Source: Camelus ferus (taxonomy: Eukaryota). Taken from it: a stretch of 64,000 nucleotides of DNA. Location: the NCBI RefSeq assembly GCF_009834535.1, contig NC_045700.1, positions 82,956,001 to 83,020,000 of the forward strand. Direction: 5' to 3'. This document shows positions 25,506 to 40,400 of this stretch, one piece after another. Within the stretch, counting starts at the first letter, position 1; each line of letters begins with the position of its first letter. The notes under the pieces were generated by a model. The model was not told the origin of the DNA, made no database searches, and saw nothing but the letters and a program-made list of their open reading frames with translations. A program made the translations under genes and the position numbers.

Positions 25506-28271
25506 GCATCTAATAATTTTAAAAGAAAGTAGCTGTTGTCTCTCAGGAGCGGGGCTCTCCCCGACTTCGAGGGGGGCTCCAACAAGAGCTTGGGTGCATC
25601 ACTGCACCTTCACAGAGCTGTTCAACTGTGACAGTCCCAGGGGTGGTGATAAGAAAACCAGGAATTCTAGGTTTTGTGTTCATGTGCTTTAAAATGTATT
25701 CCTGGTGAGAGAAGAACCCTGTGAAAACAGAACAAAACTGCAGAGCCACAAACCTTTGTGGCCTCCAGGTGGTAAAAGCTAACATTCATTTATTCTATGT
25801 ATTCCTTATAGAGCGAGACATCATTGCCGATAGAGGTCCTTAAGGAATTGAACGTAATGAAATGATCGGAAGGACAGCAATTAGAACAAAATTGTGTGTC
25901 TGTAAATGTGCTTAGGGGAGTTTTGATGGAGTTTACGGTTGCTACGTTCACCCAGAATTTTGGCCTACGTTATTAATTTGCGCTGCTATGAAGAAAGGAT
26001 TTGTTAATCAAAGATAAACCATCCCAGTGATTTTGAATTAGAGCACGCCAAATCACAGTAGGGTAACGAGGCAGCGCTGTACACACATCCAGCTCTCTGC
26101 TAAGAGGAAGCTCTCTGGCTGGCCACCTAGGAGGTCTCCTTATTGAAAGATTTATTTTTAATTTTGAACAGCTTCCCAGCATTACCCTTCACGAAAATTA
26201 AAATAAGGAGCCGGAATTTTGTCCTATTCAGCAAACCTCCCGGCAGGACTACACGGGGTGGCAGAAGAAAACTCATTGTGTCAGAAGAATTCTCTGTCCA
26301 CCTTTTTCCTAGATCTAAAAGAATTACACCTACATTTTAAATAAAACTTTGGCTTTTTTGCCTTCCCTTGTGTAACGTTTTCTTCTTTCGGAGGATTTTT
26401 AGCCTCTCTTCCATCCTTTATTTGTGCCTCTGGCTTGGTAGGTGTTGATATAATCCCTTGGCTTGAATTCTTAGGCATACAGAGAGTCAGAGAAGTCTCC
26501 CCACAAAATCTGTGGGAGCCAAGCTTGTGCTCAGATCATCTCCCAGAGGCTAATCTCCACCAAAGACAACGACGTCACCTTATATAGCTGAGGCTTCAAA
26601 AGGTCCATTCCTAGTCTTAATTCCATTAAGAACGCGAAGTAGTGATATATCTGAGGATAGCGGAAAGGGGAAAGGAGGGCTGAATGTAAAAATATTGATT
26701 GAATCATAAACCAGATTCTCCAGGGGTGCAGAAACCACTCTGCATCTTCTCCGCTCCTCGTAACTCAGAGACACCAGTGGCACCAATGTGTTTCCCAGGA
26801 TCTACGTACAATATTTCCACTGCCTTCTTCCAGAAAAGAACTGATAATAAGCTGGCAATCACAATGTACTTGCGATGCTGTCAGAACCCCCTAAATCACA
26901 CTAGCCTTTTAGAGGAACAAAAGCGATGACCCAACAGTGTTCACTTCCTAAAACTGCAAAAATAAAAGGCAGAAAGCTAATCAGATGATCTGTTCACACC
27001 GTGTATTTTAAAGGACTGGTCACAACTGTGTAACTGAAACTACTTTCCAGGAAGGTCTGCCACTGTAGTTTAGTTTGGAATCTCCCCCTAGTCTTAACTT
27101 TTTATTTCTTCTAAAGAGTTCAGGGCAAAGTGGGAAAATAATGGCTTTGGATTGGGACACTGGAGTATTTCTCACTATAGAGTCAGTTAGTACAGATATG
27201 TTTGACTTAACTAGCGAGTGCACTTACTGAAACATTTATTTAGGAGAAAAAAATGCAATAAAAAGCAATAGGATTGTTGGCAATTGATAATCTTTTTCCG
27301 GCAACGTGTGTTGTTCTTAAGAGCTTCACAAAAAGATAAACCACAGTCTTTTTCTCCCCTAAGTCCTCAGAAATAAATAACAGGGAGCTGGCAATGTGAA
27401 GCACATGGTGGAAATCCAGAACGGAAAAACAGCATGAGAAAGCGTGGAGACTTTTTCTGGGGAAGGATGGGAGTAAGCGGGCCAGGAGCAGAGCCGAGAA
27501 ATCTGGATTCTAATTCACACTTCGGAATATCTGATAGACGAGGTTTGATAACTGTTCTGCAATTAACTCAGCAGAAACACTTCATGAACAGAACATGTTT
27601 TCTAGTCATCGAATTAGAAAAGGAAAGTGACACAGAAGACGGGGTAAATTAACCACCCCCTGGCCACCTGTCAATTGGGAATTTAGCTATGAAAATGGTT
27701 GCAAAAGGAGGATGTGTTTTAAGGAACATCTTGCCAACCACAGAGATCAAGCTGGCCCTTGAGCCATTCACGGTTCAGAGATTTACATGGTGATTCTCGG
27801 AAAGATCCATGACGATTAATTTTAAAATTTTAAAATGAAAAAAAAAGCAAGATCAAAACTACAGCTGCTAAATTTTTTTGTTGTAAAATACACCAAATGC
27901 CAATATAAAATCAGTTTTACCATCCTACATAATCTGTAAGTGCTCTGATACCCAACCACAACCTCATCACTAAAATGGCCACGACGTATCCCTTACAAGA
28001 GGAGTGCAGCATGAAGTGACCCAACTCACTGGACTGTCTGTCATCTGCTTTCCATCAGACACTGTCTTAGCCTTCATTTAATCTCCACCACCTAGGACAG
28101 GACATGCTATGCAGTTGGTATCGAAAAAACACCTGCTGAATAAATAAACATCCTTTAAGTATCTTTTGTATTATAACACAGCTCACAGGTTTATAATTAG
28201 ATCCCAGTAGTTCTTCTTCAGCTGTAGAACTTTAGCAGCCTCCATGGATGGCAATACAAGCTCTCTGTCTA

Positions 28272-28679
<408 letters not shown>

Positions 28680-31656
28680 TCACACGGAGAACTGAAACTT
28701 GCCTTTCGGAATCTCTCGGAGCTTACATTATTCTCTGCAGCAACAAGACATTAAGATGGGCCCGTCTGGCAAAGAAAGCAAGAAGCAAATCAAGTCAGCA
28801 AAAAATCTTTCAAAAGAGCAATGGGAGAGAAGGCTGTGTGTGTGAGTGTCATTCTCTTTCCTGTACAAACAGAGGTAACGTTGACTGTCACCCTGAGATG
28901 TAAAGCAATTCTGCATCCAATGTGCCAAGTTCCCAAGGCTGTTGTGGGACTCTGGTAAACTAACGGTTGGAACAACACTTGTGAAGATAAATGATGATTC
29001 CCAAGTACAGTGTGTCATCAACATGGAATAAAATTAACTGAATTGTATAGATATGCCTCTTCAGTTCGATGTGGCAGTTGAGCATTTAGCTGTTTGTGGG
29101 TAATTAGTAAGAACTGGTTTATCTGGTTGCAGAGATGTGGAAGATATAGTTGTTGAGAAATCTCATCTCCAAGGCAAGGATTGTGCAAAAGCTCCCAAGA
29201 CCCTACGTCTTGCCCCTCAACTGACTACGGCTGCACTGGCCCTTTTTAAGAAACTTATTTCCAATGACATCAAAGGTTTCTGATATATGAATGGTGGCAG
29301 TGGCAGTTTTGAAACAGAACAACCGATCATAAACAACATAATGGTTGGTTTAAAAACAGTAACGATAAATAAGATCACAGAATCATGTTGAACCCTCCTG
29401 ATTCTTGCTGTAGATAAATCTTTAATATACCAAGGTGATGTGACACTGTCTTCAAGGGAGGAGAATCAGGGTGGGAGAAAAAAGGGAATTTTCCTGGTCT
29501 GAGTTGGTTCCAAAAGTATAAAAGATGCCCACCACCATCTAATGAAAAATACTGGCTCAATCCAACAGCTGGAAAGCTTTCTCTTATCTGTCCTCTTTCC
29601 CATTTGGGTCTTCCAAGAAAAGAGCCAAATTAAGTTTTAATGAAAATTTGAGGTTCCTTGCTCATTGCTTCTATTCTACTCCAAATTATTTGTAATGATT
29701 GCTTTCACGGAAATTTGTCCCTGTTCCTCAGGAAAAGGAAATTAACTGGAAGCCTGCATGAGGTCAGGAGAAGGGTCATCTAGTCGACAACAATGGGGGG
29801 CTGCTCATCCGGAGCAGTCCTTGTGCGTGAACTGGAAGAAGTAACTTTTAAGAATAAAGAGTCATATTTATTACTAGCTCATGGTGACGGATGGTTAAAG
29901 GACTGTGGGGGTAACACTGAATAAGGGTAATTCACGTCCGTTTTCTTTTTATACAACTTAATCGAAGACTTTATTTTAATAAGGTAAGCAGAACCTCCCA
30001 ATCTCCCTTGAGACTAATCACCAATAATCTCGCTCCTAGTTGTTAAGACCTGCTCCCCACTCTGATAACTTTAAAGGAAAAACAATGGTGTAAAATCTGT
30101 GTTAAAGGTAAGATTGCCTTCACAGAAGACCTCAGAAGGAAAGCACAAATTTCCTTCTTGTTTAGATTTCAAATTTGTATCTATGGTTCTCAGCAGAGTG
30201 ATGGAAAATAACAGAGAGTTAACTAAATGTTTTTTTTTTAACAAATTGTGTGTTTTTTTTTTTAGATAAATGCTTAGAGCTATTTGAAATCACAGACTCC
30301 TAGAGCCAGATAAGATGTTAAAGATAATTTGATGAAATAGCCTCATTTTATAGATGAGACAGTTGAGATCCAGAAAATGAATCTGATAATCTGAAAGTTC
30401 ATGCGACCAAATGAGTGACAGAATCTGACTAAAATCCAAAAATCCTAACTCCCTCCCTGGGATTATTCCCACTCCCCATTAAAGGTAAAATAACAAAAAA
30501 TCAGTAGCTTCAGCCAAATTTTGAGAGATAAAGATAGGAAAAGGGAGTGTGGATCTTCAATCCTGTTCAAATTCTGTAGCTGCTTCTTTGCCATCTGATT
30601 GAAATCCACTGCTAGCCTGCAGCTGAAGCTGACCACAGCCTGGTTCATAAAATGGGTCAAGCCACTGGTTCTTATTTTCCTGTGACTTTCAGGGTTAAAT
30701 AAGNNNNNNNNNNNNNNNNNNNNNNNNNNNNNNNNNNNNNNNNNNNNNNNNNNNNNNNNNNNNNNNNNNNNNNNNNNNNNNNNNNNNNNNNNNNNNNNNN
30801 NNNNNNNNNNNNNNNNNNNNNNNNNNNNNNNNNNNNNNNNNNNNNNNNNNNNNNNNNNNNNNNNNNNNNNNNNNNNNNNNNNNTCAGAGATATAACTCTG
30901 CCACGTGAAAAAAAAATAACAAAGATGCTGCAGGATTTCAAAATGGAGGGCTGGCATGAAAACAAGACGTAGCCCAAAACAGCTTTCTTCCTTTGGGTAG
31001 CGATTCTGTAAGAATCTACCCTGGGGGTGATGTTCAAGGGAAGACAGAGAACTAAGCAAGTTCAAGTTCAACGTTGCCTCCATGAATGGTTTAGTGAATT
31101 GTATGGCGTATGTTTTTATGTTTTGCTGCAGAAGGAGTGATGGTTACATGGGGCATAGTAGCAGCTTAGAAATTGGACGATAACCAGAAGATTGAGGTAG
31201 CGGGAAGGAAATACTAGAAATATCCACCGAGGATGATTATAATGTTGGGGTGCATAAGCCAAGGAAAGGACACACGCTTTATGAATTAAAATCACAATGG
31301 TGGTTGTATTGTGTTTGTGGCTTTTCTTTTCTTAAAATTCTTGCCAATTAAAAGATGGTAAATATATCAGTATTACATTTATTTCCATTTATAGAGATGG
31401 GCCATCTCTTCCTCAGAAAAAATATTCTCTTCTCAAGAAAAAGAGAAGAAAGCATGGACTTTAATACAGCCAAAAGTCAATCTAGTCATACTTAACAACA
31501 GCATCTTAAAACAATTACCTGCAGAGATGACTAAAGAGAAAAGAAAACAGGCACTCTGAGTTACGTGAGTTTTCTCAATACACACAAGGCATCCAGAAGG
31601 AAAAAAAAAAAAAAACTTAACTCTTAGATTATCTTTCTTCTTTTTTTTGCAAGTAT

Positions 31657-32181
31657 TGAAACCCAGCAGGACCCTGCCAGGCCTTCCTGGGAACATGCAG
31701 AAACAAAGGATAACAGTCAAGTAAGACATAATACTAATAGTTTAGCAATAAAACAAAGACCCTGAGTTCTTCCTCAAGGGCTACAGATACTATCCTGAGC
31801 CATCTGCTACAGGTATCTTGCAGATCCTTAAACCTGCACCAGGTGGAAGAAATTAACTGCATGCTGACCACAAGCACTAGACCCCAGACCAGTTGGAATC
31901 AGGAGGTTGAAGACTAAGATTCTCAAAACACCACCCTGTCACCTCACCATCAACCAGTCAGAGAACAAAGCAGAAGCTGATCATGGGCCCCATGATCTTC
32001 TCCCTCACACTGTCTTTAGAAACCCTTCTCTGAAAGCCATTGGAGAGCTCTGGTCTTTTGAGCTACCCATTCTCCTTGCTGCCTTGCAATAAATGCTGTA
32101 CTTTCCTTCACCACGATCTTCCGTCTCTAGATTGGCTTTGCTGCTTATTAGGCGAGCAGGCCCGAGTTTGGCTCAGTAAGA
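31657..32181 (+). mobile_element. ERV1-type solo LTR (cetartiodactyl BTLTR1-like), antisense to EPHA4, intron 4
   Basis: Starts TG. Has aataaatgctgtactttccttcaccac poly(A) region and ends gagtttggctcagtaaga (decayed ...gtaaca). Shares blocks with the 50669-51078 element. Confidence 0.8.
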
Positions 32182-33724
32182 GCACCAAATCCAGATAGCC
32201 AAGAGCAATTAAATTTCTGAAAAATGATTGCCTTTCTTATCAGAAATATGCCTACCTCTGTCTCCAGTGACAAATACGAAATTGATAACAAAGTGGGATA
32301 AATTGTACCATGTAATTTTCTAGTCTTCATATTGACATTGTATCTACTAAGCACACAGCAACATCAGGTCGCTGCTGTTGGTCTTTGTGAATAGTTTTAT
32401 GTCTTCCAAACTGCCCCCTACGGGCCTGAATGTAGGACTGGTAGTAACCCTGCTTATGATATTTTTCCATATTTCAGGGTGTTATTTCTATTTCTTACTT
32501 TGTTTGGAACACGTAAAGGGGTCTTGCTAATCAGACATAATGTTGCATATCTGTTTCTATCCCCAGTCTTTGTGCTCCTCAAAAGAAGGATTGATGTCGT
32601 CATCATTTCCCAGTGTCTCCCACGAATCTTAGTTCAAGCAAGCTCAATAAACACCTGATGAGTCATGAATGAGTGAATGACTGGATGGAAAACTAACAAA
32701 GTCCTCCGATGCATCTCATGCCCACTTACTTCCAGTGTTAATTCAAGCCTGGGAATTAATACAGGCTTCTCTGAGCTAAGGATGTACTGGCCAGCTTTTC
32801 ACATACAGATACTTAACCATTAGGTCTGATAAAGGAGCATCTCAGTGTAGTTAGTTTAATTCAAGTTCCTCTTGCCTGTCACTTAAAAATACTCTGGGAC
32901 AAGTAGGAGGGCTTTACAGCAAATAGAGGTGGTTGCTTCTGCTGGGAGGGATCATGGAGTCATTCAATGACTCAACAAATCTGTACTGTGTCCAGTATCT
33001 GTCGCCTGCTCTAGGAGAGGGAGGAAAAAAAATACTCTGATTCATTTTAATACTTTCCTGGATAGCTGAAGGAAGGGGCAGGGAATTCAAGGGGCAAGGA
33101 AGAGACTAAAGGAAGTTAAACATGGACTCTGTGAGCACTGGGAAGACGTAAGGGCAAACACTCTGCCCTCATTTTTTTTTAGCTCCATCACCAGCCAGTA
33201 TGGCTGGGAATTTAAAATGTGGGCCCTATCAGTGGAAGTTTTGTACAGTTGGGATTTGACATTATGACTTTCCTTTCTCCACCTTGATTTCAGGATGATA
33301 ATTTCTTCAGGCACGGACCTATGGAACACTTCTCTCGGAAGAAAGTTAATTTTAACACTTTCAAAGGCATTTTCCTTATAAGCCTTTATAGAAGTACAGT
33401 TTACTTTTTAATGTTATTCTTATGATCAAAATTAAGACATTTTTAAATACAAATCAATCAAATACTGAAGTATCTTTCAGGGAAAGTAAGTGTCCTTCCT
33501 TTAAATTTTTGCTTTTATTTGTAAAGCCCGCTTGAAATTCACATATAAGCCTCAGGTTCTCTTTCTACATCAAAGAATGGGGCCAGATGCAAACTGTTTT
33601 AAAGTTCTCATATTTAGAATGCCCTTCATATTTTTAACACAATTTAGTGGCACAGGTAAATAGCTGAACTACCAGAACCAAAAGTCAAACGCAATAATCC
33701 TTTACTGACTAATCCTTTAGAACA

Positions 33725-33937
33725 GTGTTCAACAGATTTTCTCTAAAAGGGTCAGATAGTCAGTATTTTAGGCTTAATGGGCTATGTGGTCTCTCTGGCA
33801 ACGTGTTCAACTCCTCACTGCGCCTTGATCGTAGGCCATACCTGAACAAAGGGGTATGATTGTATTCTAAGAAAACTTTGTTTGCAAAAACAGAGGCAGT
33901 TGAATTTGACCTTCAGGCCATAGTCTACCATCCCCTG
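33725..33937 (+). mobile_element. MER58A-like hAT element
   Basis: ttttctctaaaagggtcagatagtcagtattttaggc...gaatttgaccttcaggccatagtctaccatcccctg. Confidence 0.78.
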
Positions 33938-35179
33938 CTGCAGAGAGTTTGCTGGGAGCAATGTACCTTCTTCCTAGAAAAACAATCACTTCTAATTTGC
34001 ACAAAATTCTAGGGACTTCAAGCATACTCTGAACTAATCTAAGGAGATCACCCCCCTGATTCACACACTTATAAAGGTCAGGTAACAACTCTGGCTTGTA
34101 AAGTCCAAATCATACCTACCTTCTTTGACTAAGGAAGGAATAAAATACAGAGTACGTGATGGCCTATTTTTTGAGTTTCTCAGCGCTCTGAAAGAAATGG
34201 GCTCTGTGTTTCTTGGCAGTGCAGATAAATTTAATGAACATCCATTCGTTTCACTGGTGTGAAATACTTTCTGTACGGCCCAGCAGGTCCTGATGAAAGG
34301 TGCTACAATGGATAATTATTATTTTCTAGTGGGATGTCAACTTGCATTCCATTGACAGGAGTTTGACAGCATGAAGTCCCAAGAAACTGTAGCCAAATTA
34401 CAGCAGAAGCAAAGGACTATCGTATCATAGCGTGTTTTATCATAAAAGGGATCTTGATCTTCCTTAACCTATCATGTGCATTCCTCTGGGAAAAGACAGG
34501 CTTCTAGAAACGAACCACATACTATCTAGAGAAATTAAGTGACTGTGACATTTAAGAAGGGCGATATTCCAAGCATCAAAGAAAATTCCAGCAATTCCAC
34601 AAATCGTCATTCCTCCCTCTCACGTATTAGACTAAAGTATAATTCCTGAGTAGTTGAGAGGACACACTTGATGGCTTATGTCAGGATTTAAAGTAGCTCA
34701 TTTAGGAAAACCTGATGTTTCATATTTGCATGAAATCTATAGGAGCCTTAATTAAATCGTTTAAAAAAGATCAGCCAACACTAAACCCCAAGTCATAAAT
34801 GCCTCCAGTGTGAACTAGGAGTTTGGTATGAGCCAATGCATGGATAGCCTAGGTCAGGATAACTGCTCCTTAAGCACCTCACCCCAAAGTCACAAGTCAG
34901 ATACAATTCACTTTTTTATTCATATAGCAAGTAAGTGGAACTTCCACAAAGGATGGAAACCCATTATGCTAACTGCATTTAAAAGTGGGTTCTGCCAAAG
35001 GGTTTAAATCTCTGTGGATATGTGGTGTAGTGTGCCACATAAACCTGAAATTTCTGTTTCTTACAACAACTGGAATTAAAGTGCCAACAGACTCCAGAAC
35101 CAAGGGTTAGAAATGAGTCAAGTTTAAAACTCACATTGGTCGCAAAACTTTAAACATGCAACTCAAATTCTTTAGACTC

Positions 35180-35517
35180 GGTAGTTCTGCCTGGAATTCT
35201 GTCCCCTGGCTCTTTCAAGAGCTGCCTCCTTCCCCCTGGGTCTCAGTTCAGATCTCACCCCCTTGGTCCTCACCACTCTTCACAAAGCGAAATCCTCCCC
35301 TTTCCTCCATTTTACTCTATTACATGATCTTTTGTTCTTTCCTTCTTGTGAGAAGTCTATATTATCTTGTTTTATTATTTATATGACTATTAGAACAGAA
35401 GCTCTGTGACAACAGGAATCTTCCCTATTCTGCTTTACGAGAGTCTCCCAGCCTTTAGAAAGATGCCAAACTTGTAGAAGATGCTTATTAGGTGTCTGCT
35501 GAACAAATAAATGAGCG
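35180..35517 (+). mobile_element. L2 LINE 3' end
   Basis: ttctgcctggaattctgtcccc...ttagaacagaagctctgtgacaacagg...gcttattaggtgtctgctgaacaaataaatga is the L2a tail. Confidence 0.72.
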
Positions 35518-38500
35518 ATGATTCCTTAGGCCAGTCCAGCTCACTCCTCAGAAGCATCGCAGTCGCAGCATTTGGATGTTATCACATCACAAAAGGCGAT
35601 GGGGGTCCGGGCAGCGGAGGCAATCACCTGCTCAAAGGTTAAATTAAAAAAAGTCTGCAGTCAAGACTAGGAGACAAGCTGACAGGAAACCAAAGTAGCC
35701 CAGCTCAAGTACAATGTGGTTTCCAGAGCTATCGCAGACTTTTACTACTTAACTGATTTTTAATCACCATCTTAAAATTTAATGCCTGAGCCATGAAATT
35801 AATTCTGGACGTGGGAAGAAACATTCCCCCAGAGCACGGGCAGAAACGTAATTCTTAAATGATCAATTTCTTGAAGCGCTACTGTCACCCCGCTAAAATG
35901 CCACGGCAGCCTGGAACAAGACATCGCTTCTGAGGAAGAAGCACCTTGGGTGTGGAGGTCCATTTCATGAGGCTTCATTAATCACGTACAACTTTTGGAC
36001 TGTCAATAATACTTCAGTGTTTCAGCTGTAAAACCCTCTAACCCTTCAGATAAGCCTTTGTTAATCTCTCTGCAGCTGAAAGACAGGTTCCGAGGCAGAA
36101 TAAACAGCTGGGGTGTGTAAGTTCTGACTCTGAAATAAAGCCCATGCAGCCCCCCGACAGCTGTATATGTTTCTGCTACTAATTGCTTTCTCTGTCTCTG
36201 CTGCTGGGGGTGAGTTTACAGGACGACTGCTGCCGGGACACCTCCTCCGAGATAAATTCACAGTGCATAACCTTTTATCAGGGCAGTTTATGTGTTTTAG
36301 CAACGATTTTAGAGCCAAGGCAGAACTGCCCATTATTTAAAAAAAAAAAAACAAAAAACAGAACTGTTTGGATGTAGCAATCCCCTTTTACCATTATGAA
36401 AAATTCTTGGTTTCCTGGAGCAGCAAGTCCTTGCTGAAATTTTGCTACCACCTATTTTTCTGATAGATCTATTCTCCCATTCTACACCCAGGAACTGTTT
36501 GTCTTTTCTTTACCAAGTTAATTGCAGTTGTGGTTTCTTGACTTTAAGATGACTAGTTTATGGTTGAAGTACTTTCTAAACTCTCGGTTATCCATTTAGA
36601 AAAACCATGAAAAGCACGAGTATTTTGCTTTAGAATTAGCTGGCCTGTGAATTCATTTCTTGCAAAGCCCTTTTTCATCCTGTATCTCCTTTAATCTCCA
36701 TCATAAAATCTGGCAGAAAAGTATTTATTACCCAAAGCAATCTGATGATCAAAAATCAAGATATGAGAAGTTAAGCAACTCACTCAAATTCACACAGCCG
36801 ACATGTGGAAAGATAGGATCAGAAACCCTGATTCAAAGGCCAGAACGACCCCCTTCCCAGAGAGATGAACAAGTCACACAGGAAAATGAAGCCTATCTAT
36901 GAATTCTTCGTGGACCAAGCCAGAGCGTTCCTGGCTTTCTCAATTCACATTTCTCCCAGCTTCCTTGTCCTTTAAGCTGAAGGATGCTGGCATTTCTTCC
37001 TAGACGGTGCTCTTGTCTTAGCTGAGTCGTTCTCTCTGCCTGGTTCCTACACCCCACTCAAGGAGTTTTCGTTTACGGATCTTTCCCTGGGAAGAAAGGG
37101 AGGTCACAGGAGGGTGGGGGGCAATTCTATGTGTGTCACAGGACTCTTTTCCTCAGTCCATCTTCTGCCGAGCAGTAGACAGCATGTAGAATACGAGTCA
37201 ACTATGAGACGAGAATCAAAATGCTAAGAGCAGAGGAGGGATCCAGTTCTCACCCCAGGGGATCTCAGGAAAATGTATAATTGACCTTGTTTCACCGAAG
37301 CATGCTGTGCACAACCACTGTAGGACTTCCACAAAGAGTGTCAAAAATGTTATTCCGAAATGACAGGGCTGGGGTGATAACAAGTCATTCTTAATTATTC
37401 ACGGTGCTGGAAAAATTGTAATCACCTGCCTAAATGACACTGGTAGATGATTCCAGCCTTTCACTTGGACACACATCAGTGTTCCTTAAATGTAGGCATT
37501 TCCTACTTGAATCCACATTGTATTAATTCCTATAAAATGTCTACATTGGACTGTTTATCTGTAGAAAATTAGAAGTAGGTTGAAGGATAATGCAGAGGCT
37601 AAAATAGCCTTTTTAAAACATAATTCATTGAGATGATACCTGATCTTTATTAAATATCCTAAAACTTTCAAAATTTTACCAAATGGCCAGTGATCAGCCT
37701 GGGTTCCACCTATGTCTTCTGTTAATCATACGTGGTGATCTTTTCCCCCATATCCTTAAATGTCTTTAGGCAAGACTCTCGGGTTCTCGAGAGGTAATTT
37801 TTCCTATCAGTAGTCAACATACAAGGTAACCCAGGAGGAAGGACCAAGGATGTGGTTTACTGACTAATAGATGTTAGACCTTGAACTAGAGATCTAACTA
37901 AAGAAGCAGCCTAGAAATGAAATGAGTGGAAGACTGCACATGAATTATCAAAATGTCTTCAGTGGCTTTGATCAGTTTGTACAGCCCAGAGAACAGGCAC
38001 ATTCGTTGGCTTATCATCTGGCTTGACAGGCAGTGAGTGGGAAGATATGTTCCACTCAAAAAAAACCATGTCACATTATCTGGCAATGGGGGGCACCGGT
38101 GTCTCAGTTTGAGTTCTCATCCTATGACAAATGGAATGGAATATAAAACTATACTCTAGTATTGTAAATTTGACGAATGGCATGAAAGAAGCAAACTTTA
38201 GATTCATGAGTTTTCATAAAAATATGTTCCCAAAAAATGATTGATTACATGGATAATCCAATGTGAAATGAGAGATCAATCAATGAATTTTCTGAAACAC
38301 TTTCATTAACAAAACTTTGGGAATCTTTGGCTTTTATTCTCACTCGTTTACTAAGTAGTCTGTCACTAGAGTAAACTGTACCCTCACTGATCAATTTCAC
38401 AGAATGTCCTTCCTCCCATCATTATATTGTTAGTTACTTGAAGCTCTAAAGCAAAAAGAAATATGCTTTTGGATAGAAAAAAAAATGTGATTTACTTGAA

Positions 38501-40244
38501 ACTGAAGGCTACCTTTTATCCTATGGTTTCTAACATGAAAGCCTCATGTTAGACATCCCCTCCACCCCGCCCCCCGCCCAAATCCCTTAGCTGGACCGTT
38601 AAGCATGTAAATCTTTGGGGTAGAGAGTTGAACTGAACATCAGTGGAAGTTTCAAGGGCTTGTTTGAAAATGAATACGAGATTCCCAAAATTAAAGCACT
38701 TGAAAAAAAAAGTCTCTCTCTCTTCTCCTGACCTTGGAAACACGGAAGGACGATGTTACTTTAATTTGCATTCAAATGTTAACAACACAGTCACACAGCA
38801 CCACTGGGATCCACACTGGGTTTCCACTGAAGATTGCTCATCATTTCATTAGGGTTCATTATGTTGATAACTGTCAGAAAGCATTAGAAGTGAGGGCTTT
38901 GAGTAATAGAACTGAAATGGTAATTTTAAAACAATACACTTTCTGGAAGAAATGCAATGCCTCGATAAATTCAATTAGAAAAAGCGAAAAGTAAAGACAA
39001 AGTAAGTGATGTTTTGCTGTTGGGAGCGAGGCTATTTCAACTTCTTGATAACCTAAACTTTCTCAAATCAGGACCCTTCGCCAAAGATCTTGGTAAATTT
39101 GCCCTCATTAGCTCTCAGCTCCTCCAGTACAAATTGTCTTAAAAGCTGCAATTTTAGAATATTTTAGGCCACGTCCAAGTATCAATCAATCACTCTTTGT
39201 TTGTTTGGCACAGCTGACTGAATTACTCAGGGCCGTTTACTTACAGATTTGTGAAGGCCCTTCAAGGTGGCAATCTATAAAAATAATCTTTTATTTTCAG
39301 ACTGCCCCACAATTGCCAGGCTCTAATAAGTTTCATCCAACAAGTTAAACAAAGAGGATTTAAAGCACAGATTTCCAATTGCAAAGTATGAAAAACCACT
39401 CCGGTAATGGTGCTCAGAAGTAAAAGAGGCAAAACGACCAGTTAGTTATTTTTTCCTAGGTGTACGGAGCCAATGTACATCTTCTAGAGAGCATTTTTTT
39501 TTTCTAGTACATGAAGAGATTGGAAAGTTATCTTAAATGTAAAATTGGTTCAGTCTCCCAAAGAAGGAAAGCAGACCTTTCTCGCTAGAATCACTGAACA
39601 GGCTACCGAATGACTACGTTGTTCAAGGTCTTCCTGCACTGGCTTGCAGTTGTCTTTCTCCCCACACTGCTGCCCAACAGACCACATTCCTGACTACGAG
39701 GAAAGGCAAAGGGAAGGTGAAAGAGATCTGTTGAGGAGGGGTCGGTGATTAGCAGAGTTAAAGGACATTCATTTCATTGGCAAACGTGACATTGAAATTT
39801 CCCCTAAGAAATGATTCAGGAAAGCAGAATTCCTTCATCAGCTCAGATGGCATCCTTGTGGGTACTGAGGTCTGGACGTCTGCCTTGCCAGCAGTGTCGC
39901 CAAAAGCCTTGATGACTTTCTTGACCGATACAGGAATCTGAGGTGAACACTGCCATCTCCACTCTTTCGCAGTAACCTAGTAACCGAGTGGGGACTCCTG
40001 AGGAAGAGACAAACAAACAAGGTCCACAGTGTGTGTGTATTTATTTGATTATGCAACTCTAGACCAGGTTGGAATTTTCTTCATCTGGGAGACAAATGAA
40101 GTATTCAATTTTCATGAAGCAAGAATGTTCAGAACCCTTGAAATATCTTCTTCAAGTCATCACTGAGCTGAAGAAATAGCCTGAAAGTGACAAGCATGAG
40201 AGAGAAGGGTCTCCCAGCTCTTGCCATCCATCAGGGAGGATCTA

Positions 40245-40400
40245 AATTCCTACTACCTGAAGGTGGTCCACAGACCAGGAGCATCTGCAGCATCTGGGAA
40301 CATGTTAGGAACGCAGACTGTCAGGCCTGACCTCTCCCACCAAGCCCCAGGTGATTTCCATGTGATTTCCATGCACATGCATGTGTAAGAAGCATTGTTC
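40245..40400 (+). mobile_element. MER5A-like hAT element
   Basis: aaggtggtccacagaccaggagcatctgcagcatctgggaacatgttaggaacgcagact...ccccaggtgatt...gtgtaagaagcattg. Contains an 11-bp tandem duplication (gtgatttccat x2, 40351-40372). Confidence 0.7.

Noticed and set aside
26119-26138. tggccacctaggaggtctc resembling a CTCF motif
   Set aside because: It needs a 1-bp gap or about four mismatches to fit the core, much weaker than the 8587-8603 site.
38561-38580. GC-rich run as a possible EGR2/Krox20 site (EphA4 is a Krox20 target)
   Set aside because: It has six Cs between the Gs rather than the CGCCCCCGC or CGCCCACGC consensus; better read as a generic SP/KLF box.
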